From positions 9,812 through 73,811 of IMG/VR virus record IMGVR_UViG_3300050509_000509: DNA of 64,000 nucleotides; one strand, given 5' to 3'. The stretch is from a virus. Lineage: Duplodnaviria; Caudoviricetes. Of the stretch, positions 1 through 8,404 are shown one piece after another; the first letter of the stretch is position 1, and each line of letters begins with the position of its first letter. A program made the translations under genes and the position numbers. The notes below the pieces were generated by a model that worked only from the letters and a program-made list of their open reading frames with translations, was not told where the DNA came from and made no database searches.

Positions 1-4
1 TAGT

Positions 5-40
5 CCTCCTGATCATTCCTGATTGAGGAGGTTATTTTTT
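5..40 (+). terminator. Putative intrinsic terminator upstream of recA
   Basis: CCTCCT-GATCA...TGATT-G-AGGAGG hairpin followed by TTATTTTTT. Confidence 0.45.
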
Positions 41-58
41 CTTTATCAAAAAAATAAC

Positions 59-1069
59 ATGCCACGACAATCAGAAAGTATGACAGAAGCCAGAACAGCC
101 TTACAGAAAGAATTAGATAGATGTGAAAAGGAATTTGGGGTTGGCACAGTAATTAGCTCCTCTCAGAGAGGAGAGAGAGTAGAGGTAATATCGACAGGAT
201 CGTTGACACTTGACAAGGCGACGGGAATAGGAGGTCTACCAAGAGGTAAGGTGGTAGAGATTAAGGGTTGGGAATCGAGTGGGAAGAGTACATTAATGTT
301 ACAGACCATTGCAAATGCGCAACATATGGGATTAAAGTGCCTCCTTGTAGACGGTGAGGAAAGTTTTGACAAGAAATATGCGCAAAATCTTGGTATAGAT
401 ACAGATGCTTTAATGATAAGACAATTGGATGAACATGGTGGGGAGAGATGTTATGATATAGCCGAAAGGCTCATGAGGACCAGGGAACTTGGGGTAGTAA
501 TATTTGACTCACAGACCTCACTGCTACCGAAGAAGGTATTGACGAGTTCATCAGCTGAAAGTGCTATTGGATTGCATGCTCGTTTAATGAGTCAGACTGT
601 GCCAAAAATTGTGAATGCAGCAGCCTATGGCAATACACTGGTTGTATATATATCTCAGCTCAGAGAGAAGGTAGGATTTATATTCGGCAACCCAGAGACC
701 ACTAATGGTGGGCATGCACTGAAGTTCTATGCGCATATGCGTATTGATGTAAGCAAGAGCGTGATTAAGGATACGGAGACCAAAGAGGCCATGGCTAATA
801 AGACGATCTGTAAGGTAATCAAGAATAAACTTGCCCCTCCATTTGGTGAGGCGAGTTTTCGAATAAATTTTGGAACAGGAGTAGATACCAACTTTGAACT
901 TATGGATCTTGGAGAAGAGCTCGGTATATTGATGCGCTCTGGTTCATGGTTTAAATACAAGGATGAAAATATAGCTAACGGAGACAAAAATATGCACCAG
1001 TTATTAGAGGATAATCCTTTACTGGCAGCTGAGCTACATCAGATTATCAAAGAAAAACTCTTACAATGA
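59..1069 (+). CDS. recA: RecA recombinase
   Basis: ISTGSLTLD, GGLPRGKVVEI, Walker A GWESSGKST, QLREKVG..GNPETT.GG.ALKFYA, VIKNKLAPPF. ATG at 59 after an A-rich leader is preferred to the TTG at 23. Confidence 0.95.
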   Translation: MPRQSESMTEARTALQKELDRCEKEFGVGTVISSSQRGERVEVISTGSLTLDKATGIGGLPRGKVVEIKGWESSGKSTLMLQTIANAQHMGLKCLLVDGEESFDKKYAQNLGIDTDALMIRQLDEHGGERCYDIAERLMRTRELGVVIFDSQTSLLPKKVLTSSSAESAIGLHARLMSQTVPKIVNAAAYGNTLVVYISQLREKVGFIFGNPETTNGGHALKFYAHMRIDVSKSVIKDTETKEAMANKTICKVIKNKLAPPFGEASFRINFGTGVDTNFELMDLGEELGILMRSGSWFKYKDENIANGDKNMHQLLEDNPLLAAELHQIIKEKLLQ

Positions 1070-1299
1070 AAATCTTCGCTGTGGTCCTGAGCTGCCTTAT
1101 GCTCAAGCCTGTAAGTGAACCGAAGCATATCTGCTCTTGCAAGATACAAGTTCGGTACTACCTGGAAGGAGAGCTTCAGATAACTGGCTATATAAAAGAT
1201 TCGGCATACATGTCGACTGAACTCCCTATCGCCAGCACAAATAAGTGGACTGGCAGTATCACCATATATGACTCCGTGGCAATAATCATAAATCCATAA
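1066..1299 (+). CDS. Small hypothetical protein, hydrophobic N-terminus
   Basis: ATGA overlap with the recA stop; fills the operon. Confidence 0.55.
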   Translation: MKIFAVVLSCLMLKPVSEPKHICSCKIQVRYYLEGELQITGYIKDSAYMSTELPIASTNKWTGSITIYDSVAIIINP

Positions 1300-1300
1300 T

Positions 1301-1501
1301 ATGACAATTAAAGAGTTTGCCACCCAATGGGGCCTAGATGAAAGAACGTTGCTGTATCTCAGAGATACCCAGCGCCGACTCTCAGAGGAGTGGATAGATG
1401 GGTCGGAGTACGAAGAATACCTGATGATGTGCGGCCTGACTATGGGCTCTATTGTAAGTAAACTGTCTATCACAGATATAGATATACTTGAAAATACATG
1501 A
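1301..1501 (+). CDS. Hypothetical protein
   Basis: Tightly packed ORF; ATGA overlap with the next gene. Confidence 0.65.
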   Translation: MTIKEFATQWGLDERTLLYLRDTQRRLSEEWIDGSEYEEYLMMCGLTMGSIVSKLSITDIDILENT

Positions 1502-1854
1502 AGAAGTCACCACTCAAAAAATACAGTAAAAGACGGAAGGAAAGAAGAGGCAAAGCCAATCGGGAGGTGAATGCCATGAAGGAATTCTTTGCATCCTTCT
1601 GGGGCTCTCTGAGAAAGGAGCAGAGAAGATGCTATGAGACAGGGGATGCTATATATGACCCCCGTACCTTCAATTTCCATCATGTGCTACCTAAAGAGAT
1701 ATACCCTCAGTACCAATATTCCACGTGGAACATTGTACTTGTGGGGTGGACGATACATGACCAGATTCACAGAGATATAGACCGGTTGCCAAAAGTAAAG
1801 GCGCTTTACGAAGAGTTATTACTCAAACATCAAAACGGAGAATTAAAACCATGA
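1498..1854 (+). CDS. HNH-type (NinG-like) endonuclease
   Basis: Basic N-terminus; C..TG, FHHVLPK..YP, NIVLV...HDQIH. Confidence 0.7.
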   Translation: MKKSPLKKYSKRRKERRGKANREVNAMKEFFASFWGSLRKEQRRCYETGDAIYDPRTFNFHHVLPKEIYPQYQYSTWNIVLVGWTIHDQIHRDIDRLPKVKALYEELLLKHQNGELKP

Positions 1855-2045
1855 TGGGCGAAGATAAATTCAGCCGCTTGCAGACAGTGAGGAAAGTAGG
1901 AGGGGATTACACCTTTGAAGGTGTTGTTGTAGCAGTATTTACCAAGCTTTCGGGCAAGGTAAGATATGTAGTGGAGGATGACAGAGGAGTTCTACATATA
2001 TTTTCGGATAAGCAATTAGAAGCAACCGATGAACTAACCTCCTAA
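1851..2045 (+). CDS. Small SH3-like phage hypothetical protein
   Basis: VRKVGGDYTFEGVVVAVFTKLSGKVRYVVE all-beta pattern; ATGA overlap. Confidence 0.7.
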   Translation: MMGEDKFSRLQTVRKVGGDYTFEGVVVAVFTKLSGKVRYVVEDDRGVLHIFSDKQLEATDELTS

Positions 2046-2069
2046 TTATACATTTAAAAATCAAGAAGT

Positions 2070-2285
2070 ATGAACAAGTTCAGTTTATTTCAGTATGCAG
2101 TAATCCTGCATAAAAAAGAGACGAAGGATGGCAAGACAGAGTTTGTAGGAGCAGAGATGATTATTGAGCCCACTACCATGCTGGCGCGCAACGAGCGGGA
2201 TGCTATATTCAAGATCACCAGGATGATCCCTGAGGAGAAAGCGACCAATCCGGATGACATTGATATCATCATCCGAAATTTTTAA
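2070..2285 (+). CDS. Hypothetical protein, possibly extended to 2539 by a -1 frameshift
   Basis: A-rich leader and ATG; ends A_AAT_TTT_TAA. Confidence 0.75.
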   Translation: MNKFSLFQYAVILHKKETKDGKTEFVGAEMIIEPTTMLARNERDAIFKITRMIPEEKATNPDDIDIIIRNF

Positions 2286-2351
2286 TTGCCCCACCTGCTG
2301 GGGGCCTGAGAGGACAGCTCGCGCAAGCCGTGAAAAACACAAGTCAGCAGG
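2276..2351 (+). promoter_or_regulatory. Candidate programmed -1 ribosomal frameshift signal
   Basis: In-frame heptamer A_AAT_TTT (2276-2282), 5-nt spacer, CCCCA/TGGGG stem; CCTGCT complementary to AGCAGG at 2346-2351; -1 frame open to 2539. Confidence 0.55.
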
Positions 2352-2570
2352 ACTGGGAAAGGAAAGTGAGAGCCAAAACCAGAGGAGTAAATATGGATTG
2401 GATGGAAGAGGAAAAACAGAGAGTTGCTCCGCAGTTCATGACCTCATCTTTTAATGTAGTACATGATCATGATCAGGATCAGCTACTCCCCAGCTCCACT
2501 GTTTACACAATGAGTTCGGCGCTTGCATCTGGACAATAAGAAGCTCGTATGGTTCGTATTTTAGGTAGAA

Positions 2571-2600
2571 GGCCCCGCAGTGTGTAGCGGGGCCATTTTT
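2571..2600. terminator. Terminator at the convergence of early (+) and late (-) blocks
   Basis: GGCCCCGC-loop-GCGGGGCC 8-bp stem followed by ATTTTT on +. Confidence 0.75.
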
Positions 2601-2928
2601 ATTTGTCAAATAGCGTCTTTACCTTGCCTTCCACCTCCTTCATACCTGAAGCTACCTCACTGGCAATTACTTGGGAAGTGTTTGCTTCCAGGATTACTCC
2701 CTGTTCGATACCTCGTTTCATGAGATCCATAATTACAGTATATGCCTCATATGTCAGTTGGATGGAAGCACCTCCTTTCTCCATGACTGCCTGATTGAGT
2801 GCATGATAAAGAGATGCAAATTGCATACCTGTCATCTCGAAAACATCGGTTGGATCCCATTTGTAGGAACGTTCTGAACTGTAGGGATTGTTACTTCGCT
2901 GCTGTTGATTGAGTGTCACTCTGCCCAT
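2599..2928 (-). CDS. Hypothetical protein
   Basis: ATG preceded by the AAAACCAAG leader seen before other late genes. Confidence 0.75.
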   Translation of the reverse strand: MGRVTLNQQQRSNNPYSSERSYKWDPTDVFEMTGMQFASLYHALNQAVMEKGGASIQLTYEAYTVIMDLMKRGIEQGVILEANTSQVIASEVASGMKEVEGKVKTLFDK

Positions 2929-3220
2929 TTTCTTGGTTTTGAAAGTTTATGTTGAAGAAAATATTACGTCCTGCACGCATGCTTTTGGAGAACTCTACCT
3001 GGATACCCAGTAATGAATGTAACCTTTTTATCTCTTGTAATACGGGAGCCAGGAACTGGGGCGACGCAGGACATATCCTTACAGATATACCTTCAATCCT
3101 TTTAGTGACCTGACCTACTGAACCTTCATCTATAGAGGAGATGACACCTTCCAGATATCGAAAATATGTCTGCTCATTCTCAGAGAGAAGCGTAGGGAAT
3201 CCGACTTTGTAGAGTTCCAC
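2891..3220 (-). CDS. Hypothetical protein
   Basis: GTG start overlaps the upstream TAG stop (TAGTG). Confidence 0.7.
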   Translation of the reverse strand: MELYKVGFPTLLSENEQTYFRYLEGVISSIDEGSVGQVTKRIEGISVRICPASPQFLAPVLQEIKRLHSLLGIQVEFSKSMRAGRNIFFNINFQNQENGQSDTQSTAAK

Positions 3221-3621
3221 TACAGCAAAGTTAATAGATATTTCACCTTATACCCAAGTCCGCTCAAATCTGCTGCTTTATTAGATAAAGCCCACCATTT
3301 TGTCATCTCCCCATAGTCATACAGATCATCTGCAAATTTGCATAGTGCATTTAGCAGTTGATCATTGCTCATATCGGTACGGATAGCTATATTCTCGAAT
3401 TTTCCAATCCTTTTAGGGACGACATAACCCAGTATAAGCTCACTTATTTCATCTTTGAATGTTTCCAGACCTGTATACAACTCGTCCAGCGCTTTATGCT
3501 CAGCAAAACTCCTTGTCTGCAGATGGTTGAAGTGTGCCTGCGAATGGAAATAAAACAGCCTGGATATGACTTTGTCGGGGGTAAGCTCTCCACCATTAGG
3601 AGCGCTGGGAAGTATCGCCAT
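3220..3621 (-). CDS. Ferritin/Dps-like four-helix protein (DUF5856-like)
   Basis: HSQAHFNHLQTRSFAEHKALDELY..L..D...E...G and C-terminal KYLLTL. Confidence 0.75.
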   Translation of the reverse strand: MAILPSAPNGGELTPDKVISRLFYFHSQAHFNHLQTRSFAEHKALDELYTGLETFKDEISELILGYVVPKRIGKFENIAIRTDMSNDQLLNALCKFADDLYDYGEMTKWWALSNKAADLSGLGYKVKYLLTLL

Positions 3622-4305
3622 TTAAAATCGTATTAAGGTTCTACCAAATGTTATACCTACAAAAGGCTGGGGCTCAGCCTTAGTACCTACTCCATAACCT
3701 ACTGAAAGCGAAAGTGCATATTTCTTTGATATCTTCTTTGCAACCTTCACGTATTGTCTGTCAAGATCATCATAAAGTATACTTATAGAATCCAGCGACT
3801 TACGCATCTTGCTATTGAAACTGAGAGCTGTAGCAAGACGGTTTTCACCAACCTGGACTAACTGATCCTTTGCCTGAAGTAAGCTATCTGTAACCCGTTT
3901 CTGATAGGCTAAGCTAAACTTCAACCTTGTCACTATATCAGACAAGCTATCGCATTTGTCCAGAGCTTCAATATTATTCCCTGCCAATCGGGCTCTTATG
4001 ACTTCGGCAGCCAGTTCGGCTGACCGATCTATATAGACCTTTAGCCGGTTATCCACCTGATATTTCAAGACTTTTAGTGAATCTGCTTTCTTTACTATAA
4101 GGTAGGTTGTTTGTTTTAGTGAATCTTCTGTTTCTTTCCATCGCTGTTGAGCTGAATCTAATGCTTTTATTATTGCATCCTTCATGGGCTTCTCAGAGAG
4201 GGAAGAGGTCCGATTGCAACGAGTATCATCCAACAGCAACCATAGAACTATGATTATGGCTGTTGCAAGTATAAATAATTTCCCAATCCCCTCAAGTCTC
4301 TTCAT
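3622..4305 (-). CDS. Spanin-like membrane-anchored coiled-coil protein
   Basis: N-terminal TM helix, long coiled coil, C-terminal Gly/aromatic beta strands ending in Phe; follows a holin-like gene; start re-called at MKRLEG. Confidence 0.55.
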   Translation of the reverse strand: MKRLEGIGKLFILATAIIIVLWLLLDDTRCNRTSSLSEKPMKDAIIKALDSAQQRWKETEDSLKQTTYLIVKKADSLKVLKYQVDNRLKVYIDRSAELAAEVIRARLAGNNIEALDKCDSLSDIVTRLKFSLAYQKRVTDSLLQAKDQLVQVGENRLATALSFNSKMRKSLDSISILYDDLDRQYVKVAKKISKKYALSLSVGYGVGTKAEPQPFVGITFGRTLIRF

Positions 4306-4495
4306 CTTTTTTCTTTTTAAGACCGAACATCCTGTACAGGTTGTATGCCATTGTAGAGAGAGCAGCAAATATTGTAGCAATCGCTGCCCACTCAGTTAGT
4401 GAAAGGCGTGCAATTAAGTACAGAAATACAGTAAGTAAAGTCATATACAGACTTCCGTCGTTGTTGTGTTCTCCGTGCATGGCTTTATCCCTCAT
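4292..4495 (-). CDS. Putative holin
   Basis: 67 aa, two hydrophobic segments, charged C-terminus KKKKDEET. Confidence 0.55.
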   Translation of the reverse strand: MRDKAMHGEHNNDGSLYMTLLTVFLYLIARLSLTEWAAIATIFAALSTMAYNLYRMFGLKKKKDEET

Positions 4496-4513
4496 AACCT
4501 TTTAATTACGATA

Positions 4514-5092
4514 CTATGGTGTAGTTGTAGTTGTAGTTGTTGTACTGGTTGTTGTAGTTGTAGTTGTGGTGGTCGTAGTAGTGGTCGTAGTGGTCGTTGT
4601 TGTGGTAGTAGTGGTGGTGGTTGTGGTTGTTGTAGTAGTTGTAGGTCCTACAGTAGCTGTAACTGTATAGGTCTGGAAAGGCTCCGCAGTGAACGAACAG
4701 GTGATCGCAGCAGTCTGCGATGCATCTGTACATACCACATCTCCTGCCACATTCGTTACTGTGACAGTACGATAAGTGCTACCATCTGCTACAGTAGCTT
4801 CAATGAAGTTGCCCTGTGTCGCAGTAAATGTACCTGTCTCAGTAGTTGTACTGGTAACAACTGTTGTACCATTAACATCAATAGTCAGTGTACCATTCTG
4901 ACCACCCAATTCTGCAAAGGAGAAGTTGTTGATGTCAGGAGTGCAACATTCATTGGCATTAATTTCAAACCAATAGAATCCCCTTCCACCTTCCGGCTTT
5001 TTATAGCGAAGGATGAGAGTTCCAGGGACGACCTGCCCAAGTTTATCAACTTTGACAAAGGCTCTTAGCCTCGGGTCTCTTCTTGTAGACAT
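4514..5092 (-). CDS. Putative virion protein with beta-rich domain and ~40-residue poly-Thr tail
   Basis: Thr-rich beta domain, then GP(T)nS(T)nP-stop encoded with mixed ACN codons. Confidence 0.8.
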   Translation of the reverse strand: MSTRRDPRLRAFVKVDKLGQVVPGTLILRYKKPEGGRGFYWFEINANECCTPDINNFSFAELGGQNGTLTIDVNGTTVVTSTTTETGTFTATQGNFIEATVADGSTYRTVTVTNVAGDVVCTDASQTAAITCSFTAEPFQTYTVTATVGPTTTTTTTTTTTTTTTTTTTTTTTTTTTTTTTTSTTTTTTTTP

Positions 5093-5096
5093 ATAT

Positions 5097-6185
5097 TTAA
5101 TTTTGATTTTGTCCTCTTCGTCGTACTTCGATACCTATCTGCTCCATGGGAGCTTCGAAGATCTTGTACATATCAAGTCTTGCTTCTTGTATCTCACCCA
5201 CATAATTCTTCGAGCAATACTCATTTGAAACAAAACTCAAATCATCTTCAAAGGGTGTCTTCTCATTATTCACATAAGGCAAATCCCTCTTATGGAAGAG
5301 CATATGCCCTTCCTCTACTGGCCGGGTAGATGCTCCTGCATCATGATATATCTGTACTTTATCCCACTTCTCTATCTTATCTGTGGCCCAGCAAAAATCC
5401 ATTTCAGGTGGGCATTCTGTCTTCATACCCTTTTTCCACAGGTTGAACAGAATACTCCACATATCTGCACACCAGGATTGGAAACCTTTGTCCTCATTCT
5501 CAAAGAAACGCTTGTTTACGCTCCTCAAATTCAACCTGACTGTTATACAACCTTTGAATACATCCTGCCAAAATTGAGCATCTATGTTCTTCAGGAGATA
5601 CTGTGCACCACCAGACCCTTGCTCGTTCATAACAGCTGTTTCACGTGAAACACCGAACTCTTTGAGCAGGTCACCTAATACATCAATCTTTTTATAGGAA
5701 TCAAGCCTTTGAGGAAGAACGTCCTTAATCTTGCTATCGAAGTAGGAAGCAGCGATGTAGCTACGAGTATCACTCAGGTAACATGTATCGTCACCCAGAA
5801 GATTATCGAAGTTAGGCTTTTTGGTGAATATTACATCACTATCCATATATAGAATTGCATTCTCTCTCAGAGAGGACGCAGTTTCGAAGTATTTGGCAAG
5901 GAGCCATGGTCTGAGCAGAGGTATATAGCCTGTTTGCTGGATAAGACGTGGAAGCTCCCCGGTAGTATCTTCTATGAATACGAAATTTGCTTCTGGATAA
6001 TCTCCTATTAGCCCTCCCCATTCTTCAGCAAAGGTTCTTCCTCCTTCTCTATTGCTATGTTTCCAGATGAGTGCTGTATAGTTCTCTGAGAGACCATACT
6101 TACGGAGATTATGAAGCTGCACCCTGAGCTGCCATACGAAGTAAAGATCGTTGGGTTGAGCTGTAATGATCCTAAGTTGTCGCAT
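5097..6185 (-). CDS. GT-A fold glycosyltransferase resembling peptide O-glycosyltransferases (HPAT/SERGT-like)
   Basis: YIPLLRPWLL, DxD in LYMDSDVIF, GGAQYLL, WCADMWS, IYHDAG. Confidence 0.65.
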   Translation of the reverse strand: MRQLRIITAQPNDLYFVWQLRVQLHNLRKYGLSENYTALIWKHSNREGGRTFAEEWGGLIGDYPEANFVFIEDTTGELPRLIQQTGYIPLLRPWLLAKYFETASSLRENAILYMDSDVIFTKKPNFDNLLGDDTCYLSDTRSYIAASYFDSKIKDVLPQRLDSYKKIDVLGDLLKEFGVSRETAVMNEQGSGGAQYLLKNIDAQFWQDVFKGCITVRLNLRSVNKRFFENEDKGFQSWCADMWSILFNLWKKGMKTECPPEMDFCWATDKIEKWDKVQIYHDAGASTRPVEEGHMLFHKRDLPYVNNEKTPFEDDLSFVSNEYCSKNYVGEIQEARLDMYKIFEAPMEQIGIEVRRRGQNQN

Positions 6186-6888
6186 GCTCTTCCTCCCTTT
6201 TTAAGAACTCCTCTACCGATATAATATTCATTAACTCTGTCCTTCGATTATCGAAGTAATCCCAATCTTCCTGAGCACGCTCAAAGTTGACATGGGCCAT
6301 ATTGAGTTGAAATGCTTTACCTCCTGCCGCCGGACCAGGATTCTGAAGGGGTCTTATTACACCAACTCCCCAGTCTGTATCTATAGTATAATACTCAAAA
6401 GGTATAGCTGCTCCATACCGGAGTATAGCTTTGTAGCAATCTCCATTCCAGTTGCCACCCTGATCTCCTGTAGTAGTATGCTGGTAAGTGGGCGGATTCA
6501 TATCATGAAGCACTATAGTGCCATTCTCTGAGAGGTGCGCGAGGGCATTTTGAATATCCCGGTATACCTGACTTGCTTCATGAAGACCGTCAATAAATAC
6601 TATATCGTATTTCTGGATCTCGTTTATTCTCTCGAAATATTGGTCGGAAGTACATTTGAATATGGCCTCCGCCTTTGTAGGCTGATCAGGCTCCCTCCAG
6701 AAGGTATGTACTATAGAATCAGCTGGCATTCTTTCCTTCCGGATATCTTTGGAAGGATTAGGGTCTACTGCTACCTTATGAGCACAATCTACATTATCAA
6801 ATGACCAGCCTTTAAAATATCCTATTTCCAGGTATGATTTGTAATCATACTTTGTAATGAAGTGATTAATGATGTCCCATCTATTCAT
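6172..6888 (-). CDS. Class I SAM-dependent methyltransferase (Methyltransf_24-like)
   Basis: YLEIG, VAVDP, YDIVFIDGLH, GTIVLHD. Confidence 0.85.
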   Translation of the reverse strand: MNRWDIINHFITKYDYKSYLEIGYFKGWSFDNVDCAHKVAVDPNPSKDIRKERMPADSIVHTFWREPDQPTKAEAIFKCTSDQYFERINEIQKYDIVFIDGLHEASQVYRDIQNALAHLSENGTIVLHDMNPPTYQHTTTGDQGGNWNGDCYKAILRYGAAIPFEYYTIDTDWGVGVIRPLQNPGPAAGGKAFQLNMAHVNFERAQEDWDYFDNRRTELMNIISVEEFLKREEEHATT

Positions 6889-6923
6889 ATATGCTTGGTT
6901 TTTAGCGACTTGACGTAGAGCCC

Positions 6924-7415
6924 CTACTTTGCCCAGTCGTCTATAGTTACTTTGACGCGCCTGAGGGCTTCTCGGGATCTCCTTTTATAATCCATAGTCT
7001 GTTCATAAGGACATTTTTCCCATCCTCTAACCTTTGTTCTTGGTTTTGGAGGAGTAGTATGCTTCAGGAATTTTAATATTGTCTTCTCCAAGGCAGAGAT
7101 ATGTTTTCTGCTAAGTCTCAACAACGCAAATCCCGACCTTCTAACAAGATCTGATTTCTTTGCATCATTCTCTTTCTGTTGTTTGGTGCTGTGATATTTC
7201 GCCCCATCATATTCAATTACTACCCTTTTCCCCGGAACTATAAAATCAAAAACGTAATATCCTCCCTGTTCGTTTCTTCCCTCCCAGAAAGAGATTTCCT
7301 GCTTGAACTTTACTCTGTTCTTTTTCAGGATATTAGCTATCCTGTTTTCCATCGGAGATCTCTCACTATTCTCTAATCTCCATGTATTAACGAACCATCC
7401 CTTGGGCTTTTTCAT
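6924..7415 (-). CDS. DUF559/Vsr-like endonuclease
   Basis: E..IANIL, FKQE, YVFDF, VIEYDG.KYH, ND..K..L....GF.LLR. Confidence 0.85.
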   Translation of the reverse strand: MKKPKGWFVNTWRLENSERSPMENRIANILKKNRVKFKQEISFWEGRNEQGGYYVFDFIVPGKRVVIEYDGAKYHSTKQQKENDAKKSDLVRRSGFALLRLSRKHISALEKTILKFLKHTTPPKPRTKVRGWEKCPYEQTMDYKRRSREALRRVKVTIDDWAK

Positions 7416-7417
7416 AT

Positions 7418-7730
7418 AAAATTTCTGCTTTTGGGTAATGGAACATTTACATCCGGAGACAGAACTCGGATTCCTGTGGCCTTTTTACGTACTTTTGTCC
7501 ACAGAAGGCTTAAACAAACACTCCATACATCCGTTTTTAGATGGAGAACTGAAAATTCTTTTTCCGTTTAAGTCTCCGTCGGGGGTCATCATGTTCGAGA
7601 TGTTGCCCCCACTTTTTTTTCAGTTTTGTCACTACGAGCCAGCTTTTCACCCCTACTCATAGCTTAGTTTGATAAACCGATTACCTTTTTACCACACCAT
7701 AAGTACGCGATGTGATTAACCGGGAGGAAC
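7418..7730 (-). ncRNA. Candidate structured RNA leader upstream of the endonuclease
   Basis: At least six stems, several completed by G-U pairs on the minus strand; largest intergenic gap in the late block. Confidence 0.45.
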
Positions 7731-7732
7731 CA

Positions 7733-8404
7733 CTAAGAACCGGTAGTTTGTGAATGTGAATCCACAAATCTTTTTGTTGTTGAAAATTCATTGCTCGAAC
7801 GAGTCAGCACATATTCCTCTTCATCGCTGAGCGCATTATAGTCCAGATACCAGGGTATGTGCTTTGCAGTCATATTGCCGGCTATTCGGATTGATTCATA
7901 TTGAAAGGGGAGACCCACCTTTATTACACTAAAAGTGGTGTCTACCCCTGCTATATAAACGTCTGTCTCCAGGGATTTCTCCCAGTATCTTTTCTCCCAA
8001 TGCCTAGCATAGTTCGCATACTCACTGTCTGGTAAATCATCTATTCGGAGGGCCAGTCCTGCTTTATCGTATTTATATTTTTCGGCCAACTGAATCATTT
8101 TTTCAATAAAGGCTTCAGGTGTATTAGGGTTTAGTTCTATATCTGAGTCAGTATAGGCTATCCATGAACCCTGCTCGAAATTATTTATGTAGTCACTGTT
8201 GTATACAGCAAGCTGTCCCAGGTTTGAATCCAGGCATACCACCTCACAACCACATTCTTTATACCACTCTCTGAGAGGGGTATACGAAGAGTTGTTATCA
8301 ATAATGTGTAGGTTTACGTACCCCAGTCTCTGCAGGTCCATTAGTAACTTCCGGGTAGTTGTCAACCTGTTGAAGTTGTTGATGATTATTGGTATCTGGC
8401 TCAC
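7733..8404 (-). CDS. Glycosyltransferase family 2-like
   Basis: IPIIINNFNR, IIDNNSSY, DxD in YTDSDI. Confidence 0.8.
   Translation of the reverse strand: MSQIPIIINNFNRLTTTRKLLMDLQRLGYVNLHIIDNNSSYTPLREWYKECGCEVVCLDSNLGQLAVYNSDYINNFEQGSWIAYTDSDIELNPNTPEAFIEKMIQLAEKYKYDKAGLALRIDDLPDSEYANYARHWEKRYWEKSLETDVYIAGVDTTFSVIKVGLPFQYESIRIAGNMTAKHIPWYLDYNALSDEEEYVLTRSSNEFSTTKRFVDSHSQTTGS

Noticed and set aside
23-58. TTG-started N-terminal extension of RecA
   Set aside because: Overlaps a terminator-like hairpin and T-run; ATG at 59 has the typical A-rich leader
2254-2454. 66-aa ORF overlapping the frameshift region
   Set aside because: It is the +1 frame with no leader; the -1 frame fits the slippery-site architecture
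4466-5068. Cys/Ser/Gly-rich + strand ORF and His/Asn/Tyr-rich ORF 4506-4733
   Set aside because: Shadow frames of the poly-Thr codon run in the real gene 4514-5092
7642-7656. GTAGGGGTGAAA on the minus strand, resembling a 23S rRNA snippet
   Set aside because: Too short, with no flanking rRNA similarity
7438-7662. 74-aa + strand ORF in the gap upstream of the endonuclease
   Set aside because: Antisense to the late block with no recognisable motifs; RNA structure explains the region better, though coding is not formally excluded
6889-7732. Group I/II intron fusing GT2 to the methyltransferase
   Set aside because: No convincing P7/J8-7 or domain V consensus; the methyltransferase has its own leader and ATG
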